Shown here: positions 38,501-52,000 of the stretch, piece after piece
Numbering within the stretch: position 1 is the first letter of the stretch
Layout: the number at the start of each line of letters is the position of its first letter
Assembly: GCA_965178125.1 (NCBI GenBank)
Contig: OZ237753.1
Location: 310,001-374,000 of the forward strand
DNA from: Bilabrum cf. latius
Taxonomy: Eukaryota
DNA: 64,000 bases
Direction of reading: 5' to 3'
Made by a program: the position numbers and the translations under genes
The notes under the pieces: model-generated
The model's database searches: none
Seen by the model: only the letters and a program-made list of their open reading frames with translations
Told to the model about the DNA's origin: nothing

Positions 38501-39959
38501 TGTTGCTTTGGCGAGCGGGATCGGTGCGCTACAGGGCGGCAATGCGACCCGTGGTCGTGATTTTGGGGGCCTGGATGAAACGGGCGTCACCGCAGGGGCT
38601 TCAATGGACGCGGGGCGAGGTCGCCCTGGCTCGCCCGGAGCCGCGCCGGCAGTGGTAGTGTACCGCGGCCTGGGCGCAGTATCCGAGGGCGGTCAGCGCT
38701 CCGTGTCTATATCCGGCTTGAATCCGAACGGCAGGTATGCGATTCGCCTGCGGAGGGTGGGTCGCGCTGCGTGCTCTGCCCCGAGCCCGGCTCTGATCGT
38801 AACCACACCGCCCATGCCGCCGCTGGCCCCAGCAGTATGCGAGGCGTTCCCTCAGGGTGCTGTGCTGCGATGGCACCCTGCGGAGGGTGGAGCTCAGGGG
38901 TACGTAGTGGAAGCTGCCATCGTTGAGGCGCTCCCGAGGGGAAGGAAGGGGAGGAGGTAGCAGGTTTCTGGGCAGCTCGACGACGGCGATGGCGGGGTCA
39001 GGGCGCTGGGTGGTGCTGCTGGTGCCACCGCCGCGGGGCGTGAGGGTGTCGCCACCAGTGCGGGGATTCCATCATGGCAGCTCGTCTGGACAGAGTTGAC
39101 TCAGACGTCCATTCCGTGCGCTACTGTCGGCGGGCTGTCGCCGTCTGCGGTGTATCGGGTGCGTGTGCGAGCGGTTGGGCCAGAAGGTGGGGCATCGTCC
39201 AGCCCGTCGCCGGAGACTGCGCTCGTCACGCCTGAGCCCAGCGATTGGAAGTTCCCTGGGCCAAATCGAGCAGCGGACGAATTCGTGATTGATTGTGAAT
39301 CGGACTCCGTGCTCGGAGACGCGATTCTATTCACGGAGCAGGTTCCTTTGGATGGACGCCCGGCGCTTCCAGGCGTGCGCATGGGTGCTGGTCTGTCAGC
39401 CGAATTGAACGAGGCAGGGAGACGAAAGTGGCTGCGAGCCCGGGAGAAGTTGTCTGAGCTTGGCGACTAGACTGGCGCGACTAGCGGTGGCGATGATCTT
39501 GCTATTGAGAAGTAGCGGCTCGAGCGGTTGCTCGGGCGAGTTTCTGGCGTTGGTGAGAGGACAATTGCTGCTCGCGTAGTCAGCGTACATTGGCCGGGCG
39601 CCGATCGTGCGGCCAGGCTTGCAGACAAGCTGAAATCGCGACGGGAGGAAGCAGAGGGCGCGTCGGGGGATGGCGAAGGTGGAGCTCTGCGAGATGCGGG
39701 CGAACTTGTCCGTGTCATGACAAGGGAGCGGCGGGTCACGTTGCAGGTCGTCTGGAGCAGGGGCCTGGGGCCCGGCGGAGACAGAGACAGTGGGAGGGAC
39801 TTGCAGCTAGACAAAGGCTGTCTTGTGGAGCGGAAAGGCTGGGAGCTCGATATCGCCGGGGTGCATCGCCTCCCCTGGCTTGAGGAAGACGGACGGTGGT
39901 CTGCTGCAGAGGAAGCTGCCAGGCTGCTGCGCGACTGGGCTGGGGTGTTCTTGGATTGA
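32589..39959 (+). CDS. Large (2,456 aa) protein with two PriCT-2-like segments, acidic low-complexity tracts, about 4 fibronectin type III domains and an EF-hand-like motif
   Basis: Fragments at 32745, 32952, 36219, 36720, 36924, 37983, 38436, 39096 and 39528 share one frame, broken only by TAG. FN3 signatures GLPPGREFHFRLRALN, GLNSGCAYAFRV, GLNPNGRYAIRL and GLSPSAVYRVRVRAV. EF-like LDPLGSGSVRFARFRAWW. TGA stop. Confidence 0.75.
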
Positions 39960-40086
39960 CATGGTTCAAGGGATTAAATTTGCAGAACAATCGATTCGAT
40001 ACGCAAAGACTTTCATCGAATGTCATCGAAAAAAAGGTTGATAATATAAAATTGTACAACTTGCTAACAACTCTCAAGTAGCTCAA

Positions 40087-43000
40087 TCAAGCCAGTCTTT
40101 CCCTGAGGATCAAATCCTCCAACGAGACCGGCCCCTTCTTACTTTTCCTGGTCTTGCCCATCCCATTTTCTCTCGAAGAACCGCGCGCCTGGACCTCGGA
40201 TTCCCCAGGTGCAGCCGATCCGCTGGGAGAGATGCGCCTAGAAGATGTTGTTCTACCAGACTCCCGGCTGGCAGCACGCCGCAGGGAGCTTGGTCTGGCG
40301 CGCTCACCCCCGTCAGCCTCAGTTGCGTCTACTCCGGCCCGTGCCGCCACCGATGCGACCACGATGGCCCTTGCAGAGTCGCTGCCTAGCTTCCACAGGA
40401 AGAGCACGATCACCTTGCCCAGCTGCACCAAGGGCTCCTGGAGCACGATGTCCAGTGCAAACGAGACCAGGCTAGCGATGACCCACGCCCTCGCCTGCTC
40501 GGGGGTGAACAGTATCCCGTACAGGCAGCACAGGTAAAACATGAAGCCCACCACCACGAGCAGCACGCCGTACACCAGCCCGATCATCAGGCTCCTGTCC
40601 CACCAAGCCTGCTCCCAGTCCTGCACCTGCTGCTGCCTCCTCCTCTTAATCACCGCCCTCCTTCTCTTGAGCAGCTTCACGATTCTCAGCGCAGATGCAT
40701 GGAAAGTTGGATTGTTGCCCATGGCCTGTGCCAGCTCCGTGCGGATCCGAACTTGCTCCGTACCTTTGTCATGCAATGCACCCCTGAAGCACTCGAAGAT
40801 AAAGTACCCAGCCAGGATGAACAGGGCAGGCAGCACCTGCAAGCCAAAGACAGCACCGGCTGCCTCTTCAGCAAACGGCAGTGACAACACGCCCATGAGT
40901 ACACCGCCAATCATCTGCAGCAAGATGGCAGGCACCAGCGCATATAGCGCGTTGTAGACCCAGCCTCTCCTCGACTGAATGAACGACACAGTTCCCAGCA
41001 CCATCATGCACAGGCCAATTCCGGCCAGGATAACGATCGAACCAGCCGCTCCATCTTGCTCCGCCCACACCTCTGCGCTCAACAGGTACAGCCCAAGCAG
41101 CATGCCCACGAAGCCCGCCCACACCCACACCATGGACACAATGCCTAGGGCATTCAGCCAGGGCCGGAGCCATTTGGCCGGCAGAGGTGCCTTCACCCTC
41201 AACTGAGCTCTTGCGCCAGTGCTCGTAGTCTCTTCGGCAGCACCAGCCAGCCGCATGCTGCGCACGATGCGGCGACAGGTCGCATCGAACTCGCTCTCAA
41301 GCACGGCCCAGTTCTCTCTCGCGTCCTCGATACGTGCCCCATCTGAAGACGAAGACAAGCCGTTTGTACCGGACCCTGCAGGTGATTTCTGTCCCGCCAT
41401 CTCCACTTTCCTTGACTCTCGTCGCGGGCGGATTACTCCTGCATCACTACTGCTGTTGCTATCATGCTTGCCACCCGACGAAATTGCTGCAACAGGCAGC
41501 ATCTCCGACTCGGCGTGCACTCGCATGGCCAGCGCAGCAACGAGCGACGCGATCAACTCAGTGTGTCTCCTAGAAGCCTCATCGCCGGCACTTTCAGCGG
41601 TTGCATCGCCAAATCCAGCGGCGGCAGCCGCGCCATGTCTCTACACGGGACGAGGCATGCTGCCAAGACACGCAAGTCCGAGCGTGCGCATATGTTCTCT
41701 CTATCGCAATTCACCTGCCGAGAGCTCGCTTGGATTGCGCATCAGGTCGGGCCTTGCCACTACGTGCAGCAGGATGCTACGCACCTCGTTGAGTGACAGG
41801 ATACCACGAGAGTCTGAAACCGCTCTCCTCTTGTATACAAACCACTCAACGGCCGCATCCATGTCTGCAAGCGCTCCTATAACCGCGCGAGATACGCGTG
41901 TGGCCTCGTCAGGGTCGGTGAATGCCTCAGCCGAGTCAGGAGCATCGATCGTGGGGTCCTCCGGTTCTGGCATGCCGGCGCTGCGAGCAACGCGCCTGGT
42001 AGCACTGAGTACAGCTTCGAGCGGGACCACATGGTCTGTTGGGTCACCACCGATCGCACTTCCAGCGTCCGATGCAGCTGAGGAGCTGCCTGGCCCAGTC
42101 ATGCGAGCGCGAGTATGCGATTGCTTAGCTGCACCCGCAGCATCTATACCCCACGTTCCCTCAGTAGCTTCATTCGGGGGGTCAGCGTCTGCCTCACTAT
42201 ACGAACTTACAGAGGCTGCACTGGTCTATCCTGCCCCGGTGATCGCGGCCTGACCGCCTCTCGCAGAGATGCCGTCTTCTTGGGCGCCGCTCCCTTGCTC
42301 CTTGTCCTGCGATTTCCGGACAGCGGCAGCGGCTTGCTATCCAGCATCTTCGTCATCAAAGTCGCTATCATCACCGGCATCTTCGCCAGCTGCGGTAGTG
42401 ATGAACGATGGCGCCCTTGCGAGAACTCCGCGCTGGCCAGACTCCTGCAATGCAGCCAGAGCTTCGGCCTTGCGATCCGCTAGCTCCTTGGATCGCTGTT
42501 GCCTGACGCTGTAAGAAACGTCTAGACTGGCGGCACGGAACGTGTTGATAAAGGCGAAAAGGAACGGAGACAGTCGCTTCACTGGAATCATCGAGGCCGC
42601 CGAGATGGCGGCGGAGACGAACCTTGCAGAAACTCGCTCAGCATCGCTCCCAAAGAAAATGGCGTTGATAGCCATCGAGGTCAGGCAGGTGGCCGTCAGG
42701 ATCAGCAGCCGCTAGGGCCGGGTCACCACCAGCAGGTCCTCTTTTGGAGTAAAGAAGATGCTGCCCCACATGTGTCCTCTCCTTAAGCCGTCAAGCCATT
42801 GCTGGGTCAGGTAGGCCACTACTAACCAGAGCGTGCCTCGCTGTCGAAGGTCCATCCACTCATGCCTGGCGTCTTCCTTGTCCTGTCGAATTGCCTCCAG
42901 CTGCGCCCGGAGTCCCTCTTCCTCTCCACGCACGGCGGCTTCAATCTGCTACAGGTCAACGTAGGGCGGGTACACGGCGTACAGTTCCTCCTCTAGCGCC

Positions 43001-46000
43001 CCAGTCGCGCTCGCCAAGCGACTGTCACTCGCCGTTGACCTTACATCTCTTCCAGTCTTGTCTGACTCCTTGGCGATCAAAGAGACGCCTGACATGGCAT
43101 GCAGTGCTCGGGAAGCATGCACGCCGTCCGAGCCCCCGCTAGCCAGAAGATCATCGCGAGCCTAGCTTTGACCTGCTGCGCGAGGTGTTCCACCTCCGTG
43201 ACCGGTCGCTAGGTCGAGCTGTTGCGCACTCACGGCCACGCCGGTTGACGGCGATTCAATGCCCGGTTGCTGCTCGGAGCCATGGCTGGATGTGGAGACG
43301 GCATACCTCTTGCTCGGAGTGCCCTGCGAACCAGCACTGCCACTCGCAGCTATCTCGTCTCCGTTGAAGGTATGCTTTGCCTGTCGTCTCCTCTTCTACT
43401 CCTCGACGATTCCTCTCCTGTGCCTTTGCAGCACCTTGAGGTACACCTCCAGCTGGTCCTCGACGTGCAGCTGCTCCATGCCGACGGCCCGCTGGATGTG
43501 TCCGAATCGAAGCATGTGGGCCTGCCTCAGCTTCCTGAGCTCGGGCCTGCGCCAGCCCTCCACGATAGCAGAGGTGACCCAAGCGAGTACAAATGCCAGG
43601 AGCAGCACACCAAGCACAATCACTGGAAACAGGTTCTCGGGTCTAAGGTAGTTTCTCAACAGCCCAGCATCTCCCACAGGATCCACACGATTCACCGTGG
43701 GTAAGTCTCTCCGGACAACCGCCGTGAAATCGGACAGGTGTGTGGTGGCGCACACGGCAACCCGCGCCCCTGTCGCCGGGTTGATCTCCACGCGAATGAG
43801 CACCAGGCCGCTCGTCGATTCATCGGCATAACTGGCACCATCCAGCCCAGTGCACACGAAGTCATGATCGATGCTAGCAGCATCCATGGGCATGCGCATA
43901 GTCACAGGACAAATCAACTCGTCCACAGTTCGCTCCTGTGCAGAGCCTGCGTCGGCAAGAGTCAAACTAATGAAGCCTGTAGGCCGTTGCTCCCGCTCAG
44001 CGGAGGGTACGAGCGCATCCACAGGGGCCTGCGGTGACGTCTGCCATTGTACCAGTCGAACATCAGTGTCTTCACTCCCTGCAGCGCCCGCGGCATCTAC
44101 CGACGCACCACCCTCCCTAGAGGCATCGATCGCAAGTCCAGCGCCGCCAGCCACTCTCCTGATGGATACATCGGCTGTGCCGGGCATGGATAGCACCAGA
44201 GGAGCCTCTCCGGGCACGACGTCGATCGCAGCGCTAGCCGCCAGCCGCTGCATGGTACCGTCCGTAGAGGCCCTGTAGTCCTGCAGCATCTGGTCTACGC
44301 CAGCACCAGCGCCCTGCAGCCGCCTACTACTGGACCCCGGTTGGCCTAGAATCTGCTAAAGTAGGCCTTGCACCTCGCGACCGATCGATTCAATCGAAGC
44401 TACTGCAGATCGAGAACCAAGGGACAGCGAACTAGACCCTCCAAAGCCCGCCAGCAGCTCTTCAATGCCGTCTTGTTGCGCCTCACCGTCATCAGCGCTG
44501 TTTGACAGCTGCGCATTGTCAATCAACTTGTCCAACAGACTCTGCAGAATCGTCTGCAGGAGCTGGCGAGATGAAGGCGGCAGCTCCCCTGGGTCTCTAA
44601 AGATGCCTGCGATCACGCTGAGGGCCTGGTCTGCCTCCTCAGGAGTGGCAGTGTCTAGCTGCTCCAGAGAGGAACGCATCACATCAACGGCCAAATCACG
44701 CACCGCCCACACTGCCTCCAATATCCCGTCGCTCACGTCACAGCCCCGGCCGAACCAATCGTCATCGCACATGCACACCGCGGTGCAGCCGCCAATGTCG
44801 CCCTGCTTACACTGAGCCGATGGGAACCTGGCGCAGGAGCCATGGCCACTGCACTGCACTACGGCACTTTCCCTTGATTGATCGTAAATACCGACCGATG
44901 AACCCGGGCACAACACCGGCTACGATTCATCCGCGGGCGGAGGCGGAAATCCCACCACGCACTCGCCTAAGAAGCACCGTGCGATCTACCCCTCACTAGC
45001 CACGCAACCAGTGGCATTGCAGCCAGGCCCACCAGTGGATCCCCTAGCAGATCGCACCAGCGCGCCAGCCTGGTCCGAGATGGTCTGCAGCACAGACAGC
45101 ACCTCGTCGACGGCTCTGTACTCCGTTTCATTGCCGAGGCTGCCCACACTCTCTGCCAAATTGTCCAGCCGCCCCTCGGCCACTGCGGTGGCGTTCTCAG
45201 TGGACACCGCTCGCTCCTCGCCGAGTACGCGGACCACGAGAGGCTACCCGTCTGCACCGTACAGCGACTCAACCGTCGCTCCCAGCTGGTCTCTGACCCT
45301 CACGCTCAGCACCACGGCCTGTGCCACTCCAGCAGAGGCTGCCAAGGCATCCCTAGCAGACTCGCTTGGACTGACCACCACGCTGGCCAACTCAGGAGAC
45401 TGTGTGAATCCCCTATGCAGGGGAACGTACTCGGCTGTGTCTGCCTGCGACAGGATTAGAGCAACCTGTGCATCGGTCAGCTCTCCAGAAGCGATCTGCT
45501 GGGACACCTGCGCCTCCGTGCGATAGTAACCGAAGCGATACAGCAGCGGCAGGTGGCTGGCCTCGTCCGTCCAGCCAATTGCCTGAAGGGTCAAGCCATC
45601 ATCCTGTGACAGCAGCCGAACGGACACATCACTGGACTGAAGGTATCCTGAGGATGGCGGTGCGTTCGTTTCGATAGACACAGTGGCCGAAATACTCCAT
45701 CCGGCTGACGATGACGACAGCACGACCTGCACGATGTACGACGCCCCGTCCTCCAAGGCTCCAGCTCTCACAATGGCCTTGGAAACTGTGGGCTGTCCGC
45801 TAAACACAGGGTCAGACAACGCACCGGCACCGGGTCGTTGAACCTCGTACAAGGCCCGCAGATCCGACGGAAATCTAGATGCCACTAAGGGCTCGCCGGA
45901 GTCCTGATCGAACAGAGCAGTCCGCAGGATGAGCGTTCTAGCTGCATTGATCAATGCGTCACCTGAATCCGACTGTGTGCCTGCCAGCAGAGAAGTGGGG

Positions 46001-49000
46001 TCCACAGATAGCTGCACCCGTGGTGGAAGCGCCTCTGCGGATGCAGGTGCCACGCCCACGACAGCGTACGACCTCTAGGATAGTGGCGCCAGGGGGTACA
46101 CAGCCTGTGCAGACCCGGGGTTACGAGTCACCGTAACTGACAGAACGGCGATGGCACCGGCAGGGATTGCACCGGCGGGTAGCCGCAGCAAGGCACCCCG
46201 CTAGTTTGCCTGGCCCTGATTGTCTCCTCGGAGGACCAGGGGCACTGGCACGGTCGGCAGGTACAGCTGTTCGTCGGTGAGGTTCAGTCCGCACGGCGTA
46301 CCGCTGGAGAAGGCGTCAAAGGCTGATAGAATAGACTGAACGGCCTCGTTGATTGCAGAACCGTCGACAAAACCAGACTGAGCAATTCTGCACTGCCAAG
46401 AAAGCTACAACGGGCGCGCTGACACGTCCAAATCGGCAGATCCGCGCGCGTCAAGTGTGATGTCAGCCTCCGCAGCAGCAAGGCGTCGAGCCCCGCCCTC
46501 TATTCGTGCCACCACACCAGACGGGCGCATGACCAGCCGCACATCCGAAAAGGCTGACACACTCTCTATGATGCCATCAAAGCGCAGCTACTGCTGCACC
46601 ATTGCACGGAGCGTGTAGGTCCTCCCAGCCCGTAGCGCCCCGGCGGGTATCTCAAGAAGACGGCCTCTCTGCCTGGCAAAGCCAGCAAGCTGCTGCTCCG
46701 TGAGCTGGCGCACGGCTAGACTAGGGTCTGAGACTCCTTGCGTTGGCACCGCTGCGACCATGGTCCACTGCACTGGCTACTGCTGAACCGACGCGTCGAT
46801 GCACGGAGACGCGAGCACGCGAGTCTGCAGTCGGGTGGGCCTGAGAGGCGAGCCTTCCACCAGTTCCCCTCCCAGCATCGTGATGGATGGGATAGCTGCA
46901 ATGCTCCGCGAAATCAAAACGTCGGCCGTGCCCGTGCTCGTCGCAAGGAAGTTCGCCACGGTCACCCGGAGGGTCGCGTTGGTGGCCTGGGCGGCTGCCC
47001 TCTCAGGCAGACGGACGCTGGCCAGCCGACCACTTGGCCCTGCCAAATATTGCCTCACTTCGTCACGGTCAGCACTCGTCACACCAGATCCTACCATGCT
47101 GACAAGCGACCACTGGAACTGCAGCGGCCTGCCCAGGTTGCCGTAGGATGAACCAGCCGAAGCCGAAACGGCATCGCACGGTCCGATAACGCTTGCAGCG
47201 CTGATCACTGGAACAGGCGGCTGGACGCTGACCCTCGGCGGCTCAACATTGAGGCAAGTTGCTGGCATTGACGCTCGGGAGAATCGAGTGGTCTTGAATA
47301 CGCCACCGCGCAGCTGAACCTAGGACAGGCTAGACACGGCCGCAGAGCACTGGGTGATGCCGCTCCAGGGCCGAAGTGGCACAACGCCGGCACCGGGCCC
47401 GAGATACACGTCAAGCTGCCTGGGCGACCGGAATGCGCACCATGCCGTCTAGCCCTGCGCACCTGTCGCCTGCGCTGCAAGGACACCGGCCACGTTGGAA
47501 ATGACCTCACTGCAAGCACCTGCAGACAGGCCTGTCGACCCGACGGTTGGGTTTACATCTCCCCTAAAGCGCACTGCAATGCGCGCACCGGAAGCGTCGA
47601 ACGACGCTGCTTCCACAATTGGAGGCAGCAACCGACCAGCCAGCGACAAGGCTCCAGCAGAGAACCGGAACTCTGCCTATTGCGTGGACGGATCGCTCAA
47701 TCGTGCGTTTGCTGCCCTTAAAATCCCAGCAGCAAGCTGCACTGACGCACCTGCTTCCAGAGCGTGCCCCTCAGGAGGTACAACGAGCAGACGGCGGGCC
47801 GAGTGCCAGGCGCACATCGCAACGGAGGATGCAGGAGCGGACGATCCAGCCGTGGTATCATCGCCGAAGGCATCCTTCAATGAATCCGTCGATAGTACTG
47901 CGCTGCCAGGCTCTGTGCAGCGGAAACCCAGTTCACGAACAGCAGTCACAAGGCCGTCATAGGCCTCCTTGCCCGCGAGATCCTACGGCAAAGCTGTCAC
48001 GACCCCCTAGCCTGGGGTGTTCGAATCAACATCAAACTGCAACACCGCAGCCTCTGCGGCTTCAAGGATCCTAGCATCGGTGAGCTCCGGGGCCGGCACC
48101 AGAACGGTTTCAACGGTGCGTGCTAGGGGCTCGATGATCTCGCGGAAGGACACCTGCGTTCTGGCCGGATCAGCAAGCGGGTTGGTGGACCCGTTGATGC
48201 CCACCTACGTGACTGAGTTGTAGTCTGGGTCCGAGCTCGTCATTACTAGCTGTGCCTCCCTGTCGAGCACCAGTGTATCAACCTGACTAGCCGGCAGCTG
48301 CCCGTCCGGTCGGCTCCTCACTGTGAACACCATAGGACTGTCCCAGGAGCTCGGGAAGATGAGCGAGTTTTGCACCTACCTCGTGTACAAAAACCCGTCG
48401 ATGGGACCCTCGGCGGATCTGAACTGCAGCGAGGCTTGCACGCTGCTCGTTGGCCTGCTTGTGAGCCTCATGGTGATGGTAGCATCCTGGTAGCCGAACG
48501 TGCTGGTATCTGTCTGCGTGGCAATCACGAGGGCCTGCTTTGGCTCGATTGAGAAACCGATTTGATCCACGTCCCGAAGAGGCACGACCGCCTGCACCAT
48601 GGGTGTAGACATGCTCGACCCTAGCGTGGCATAGGTCGAATCAGTAGTCCCGAACGTGCTGATTGAAATCTGCATCTCAATGGAGCGACCAGACGGCGAA
48701 ACAATTCCATCTGATTGCGAGATCACCCGCACTGCCTTGGGCACATTCCAGTCGCTTGCATCGAAAGTCACACTGGGCACAGTCACGTTGGCGCGGCCAC
48801 TGGACGGCACTCCAGCCTCGGACGCTTGGATACGCAGCTGAACATCGTCAGTTGGCTATGAACCGAGCGACACCGCAATGAAGAAATCGTCACCTTCAGA
48901 CAGTAGCGGGGCCATGGAACGATCACCAGGCAGCAAGGTCACGGTACCGTTCGGGAGGCGCGAGTCGGCGCGCAGCTGCAGGCCCAGGGGGAGGCCAAGG

Positions 49001-52000
49001 GAGTCAAAACCAACGCCAGAACGAGTCCCAAACACGACAAAGCCAGGTACATCGTCGTCCTAAATGCCCAGCGTGACAAATGCTGATGCCAAAAACTCGC
49101 CACTGTCTGGCGTCTCCAGTCGTAACTCGAGCTCGATAGGCGGACAGCTGCCCGCGCCGCTGGCTTGGTCATTGGGCAGAGCAATAGAGAGCTCAACAGC
49201 AGCATTACCAGCAGCATTATCGCCGATAGTCGTGATGGTCTCTCCGTTTTCGATCATGTCCCGGAAGTCTTGGCCACGGAAGCCAAGAGGCAGCTGCACA
49301 AGACTTGCGCACTGCACATCACTTCCTGGAGGTGCTGCCCCCTCTGGCTTTGCAAGGATCACGCGCGCTCCTCGCGCAGCAGCCCCCTAGGACACACCGA
49401 TTGCGAGCTGCACAGTGCTTCCTTCTTCTGCTAGCATGACAGCCGTGGAGTTTAGGTAGTTTCGGCCGTCTGCACCCATTTGAAGCGTGCTGTCCGGCTC
49501 AAACTCAAACGAGAGAACGCCAAGCGGCCAACTGCCACCGGGAGGCACAGCACCAGTCGCTCGTACCTGCAGGAAAGCGGGCCGCAACGCAGCGGGTGAG
49601 GCACTGGGCGAAGGGGTGCTGCTTGGCTGCACATCGGGCGATTGCGATGGCGCGGCAGGACTGACAGACGCAACCGGCGCACCCACCGAAGGAGAAGCGG
49701 AAGGACTGGCGGTCGCGCTTGCAGATGACGATGACGAAGGGGACGGACCCGGACCACCCATTATAAGCACGTACACAGCCCCATTTCCAGAAAAGCGCTG
49801 ACGCACGACAAGATCACGCCTGCCGTCCCCGTTGATGTCGCCGATTGCGTCACCAGCGGAAAGCCAACCGCCTGTGGTAGCCCCAGAAAGACCAGGCGTG
49901 AGATAGGTGATCTTATCGAACCCTTTCACAAGTGTGCTAGCGTTGAGGTCATTCATGTACAGAATGTACACGGCCCCCGTGTTGGCGGCACCGGTGCTGT
50001 CCAGCCGCGCCCCGACCAGCAAATCAGCATAACCATCTCCGTCCATGTCGCCAGCGTTGGCCACGTGGTATCCAAAATTGGAGCCGGTCTGGATCGTGGT
50101 TTCCGGAAGTCCACCGGCTCCGTTCCCAATGATGTCGTAGGCATCTCCCATAACCTCACCAGCTCGACCTAAATCAAACACGAGGAGCTCGTTCTGAGTG
50201 AATGTCGCCGCAACCACGGTGGCAACAGACCCTGCAGCACGCGGAGGTAATCTTGTCATGCTGAAGGCAAACGAGTTGCCGCTGTATCCAAACAGCCCTT
50301 CGCCGCCAGCACGGCTAATGCGGGCGGTCCGCTTAACAGTGTCATCTCCTCGCATGAACAGGGTATAGATCGTGCCCGAATTACTCCCAACGGACTGCTA
50401 GGGTGCGCTCACGAGCAGATCGTTGAAGCCGTCACCATCCACGTCCCCCACATCGCCAACTATCGCAGACCCGAATTGATCGTCGCTGCTACTCGTGCCT
50501 GCGGGCAGGCCATTCACGCCATTCTCAAGAATGGTTGTATGTGCAACGGTGGCATTCGGATGAAGGCGCATTACAAACACTCGACCGATTCGAGTTGTTC
50601 CTGTCAAAGCGTATCGGCTCTGGCCTGCCACTAGCCGGGGCATGTGGCCATCTGCGCCCGCCGGCTGATCGAATCGCACTGAACTTGTCCCAAAGTAGCT
50701 GTGGTGCGCAGACTGGAGGCCAGTCACGTTGCCTGCCGAGATCGAAAGCTCCTGGCTCCTGGCAACAGTTCCATCCGAATTCAAAAAGAGAATGTGAAGC
50801 GCGCCAGCTGCGTCGATGTGGCCGTCATCGTCAGAAATGGCGTGCACCGCAACCTCTTCTCGGCCGTCTCCGTCAAGGTCGCCGATAGAAAATGCAGCCG
50901 CTCCAAACTGATCGCCTGAATTTAGCGCTGCAGCCGGTAAACCATTCAAGCCGTTCGATATTCTTACCGTCGTGACGATCTCACCCACAGCAGCAGGGGA
51001 TGGCGACGGAGTGGCCGAAGGCACGACTCCCCCCAAGAATGATACTGTCACCTGGCCAAAGGCAGTGCTCATCCGTGGTGGAGCTGCCCCGGCGTGGCCC
51101 GTGACCAGGTCCCTGCGGCCATCCCCGTTAATGTCATCGACGATCGCGATGTGAGACATGAGCTGCCTCCAGCCGCCGAGCCCGGGCGTGGCTTTCGTAA
51201 GCCGATCGAACGATCGCACGACATTCGACTGCAAGCTAGGGTTCAGGTACAGCAGGTAGATTGCTCCAGCGTCAAAGTCTTCGCCAAGAGCCGCCACAGC
51301 CAGATCATCGTTCCCGTCATTATCAAGATCTCCAGCAGCAGAAACCTGGCCGAATTGCGCGCCAGAACGGATCGTGCCGCTTGGAATGCCATTCTGGCCA
51401 TCTGAGATCACCTCTAGCACTCCTATCAAATCACCATTCAATCCAAGCGAAGCAATTGCAATGCCGTTGCTGGATGGCATTCCAACTATCAGGTCTAAAA
51501 TTGCCCCACTTGATCGATTGCGGGGAGGCAGAGCGGCTAGACTCTCGCCCAAACCCGTCCAAGACGTCGGCAAACCCTAAAATGCACCGCCACTCTTCCT
51601 ATCTAGAACGCGAACGCTGCCCACAAAATCACTATTTGTCATCATTAGCAGGAAGACGGCGCCGCTGTCTGCTTGCGGCTACTCATACCCGGGCGCTCCG
51701 ACAGCAATGTCGTTGTACTCGTCTGCATTCAGATCGCCAATGGTGCAATCCAGGTCTGCTCCAAATCGAGAATCGAGTTTGTATAAATTGCTCGGAATGC
51801 CCCCTACTCCCAGTCGCAAGGCCTGACGACCCTACGCCGCGCCATTAGACCGACGCACGTACTGCACCGCGAGGCCAGGTCCCGCGCCGCTGCTGCCGGT
51901 ATGCCCGATGACCACACGAGCTAGTGTAGAATCTTGGTTGCCGTTCGGTTGCTCTAGCCTCCCGACAGAATAAAGTGATGTGCCTACCGCGAAAGGAAAC

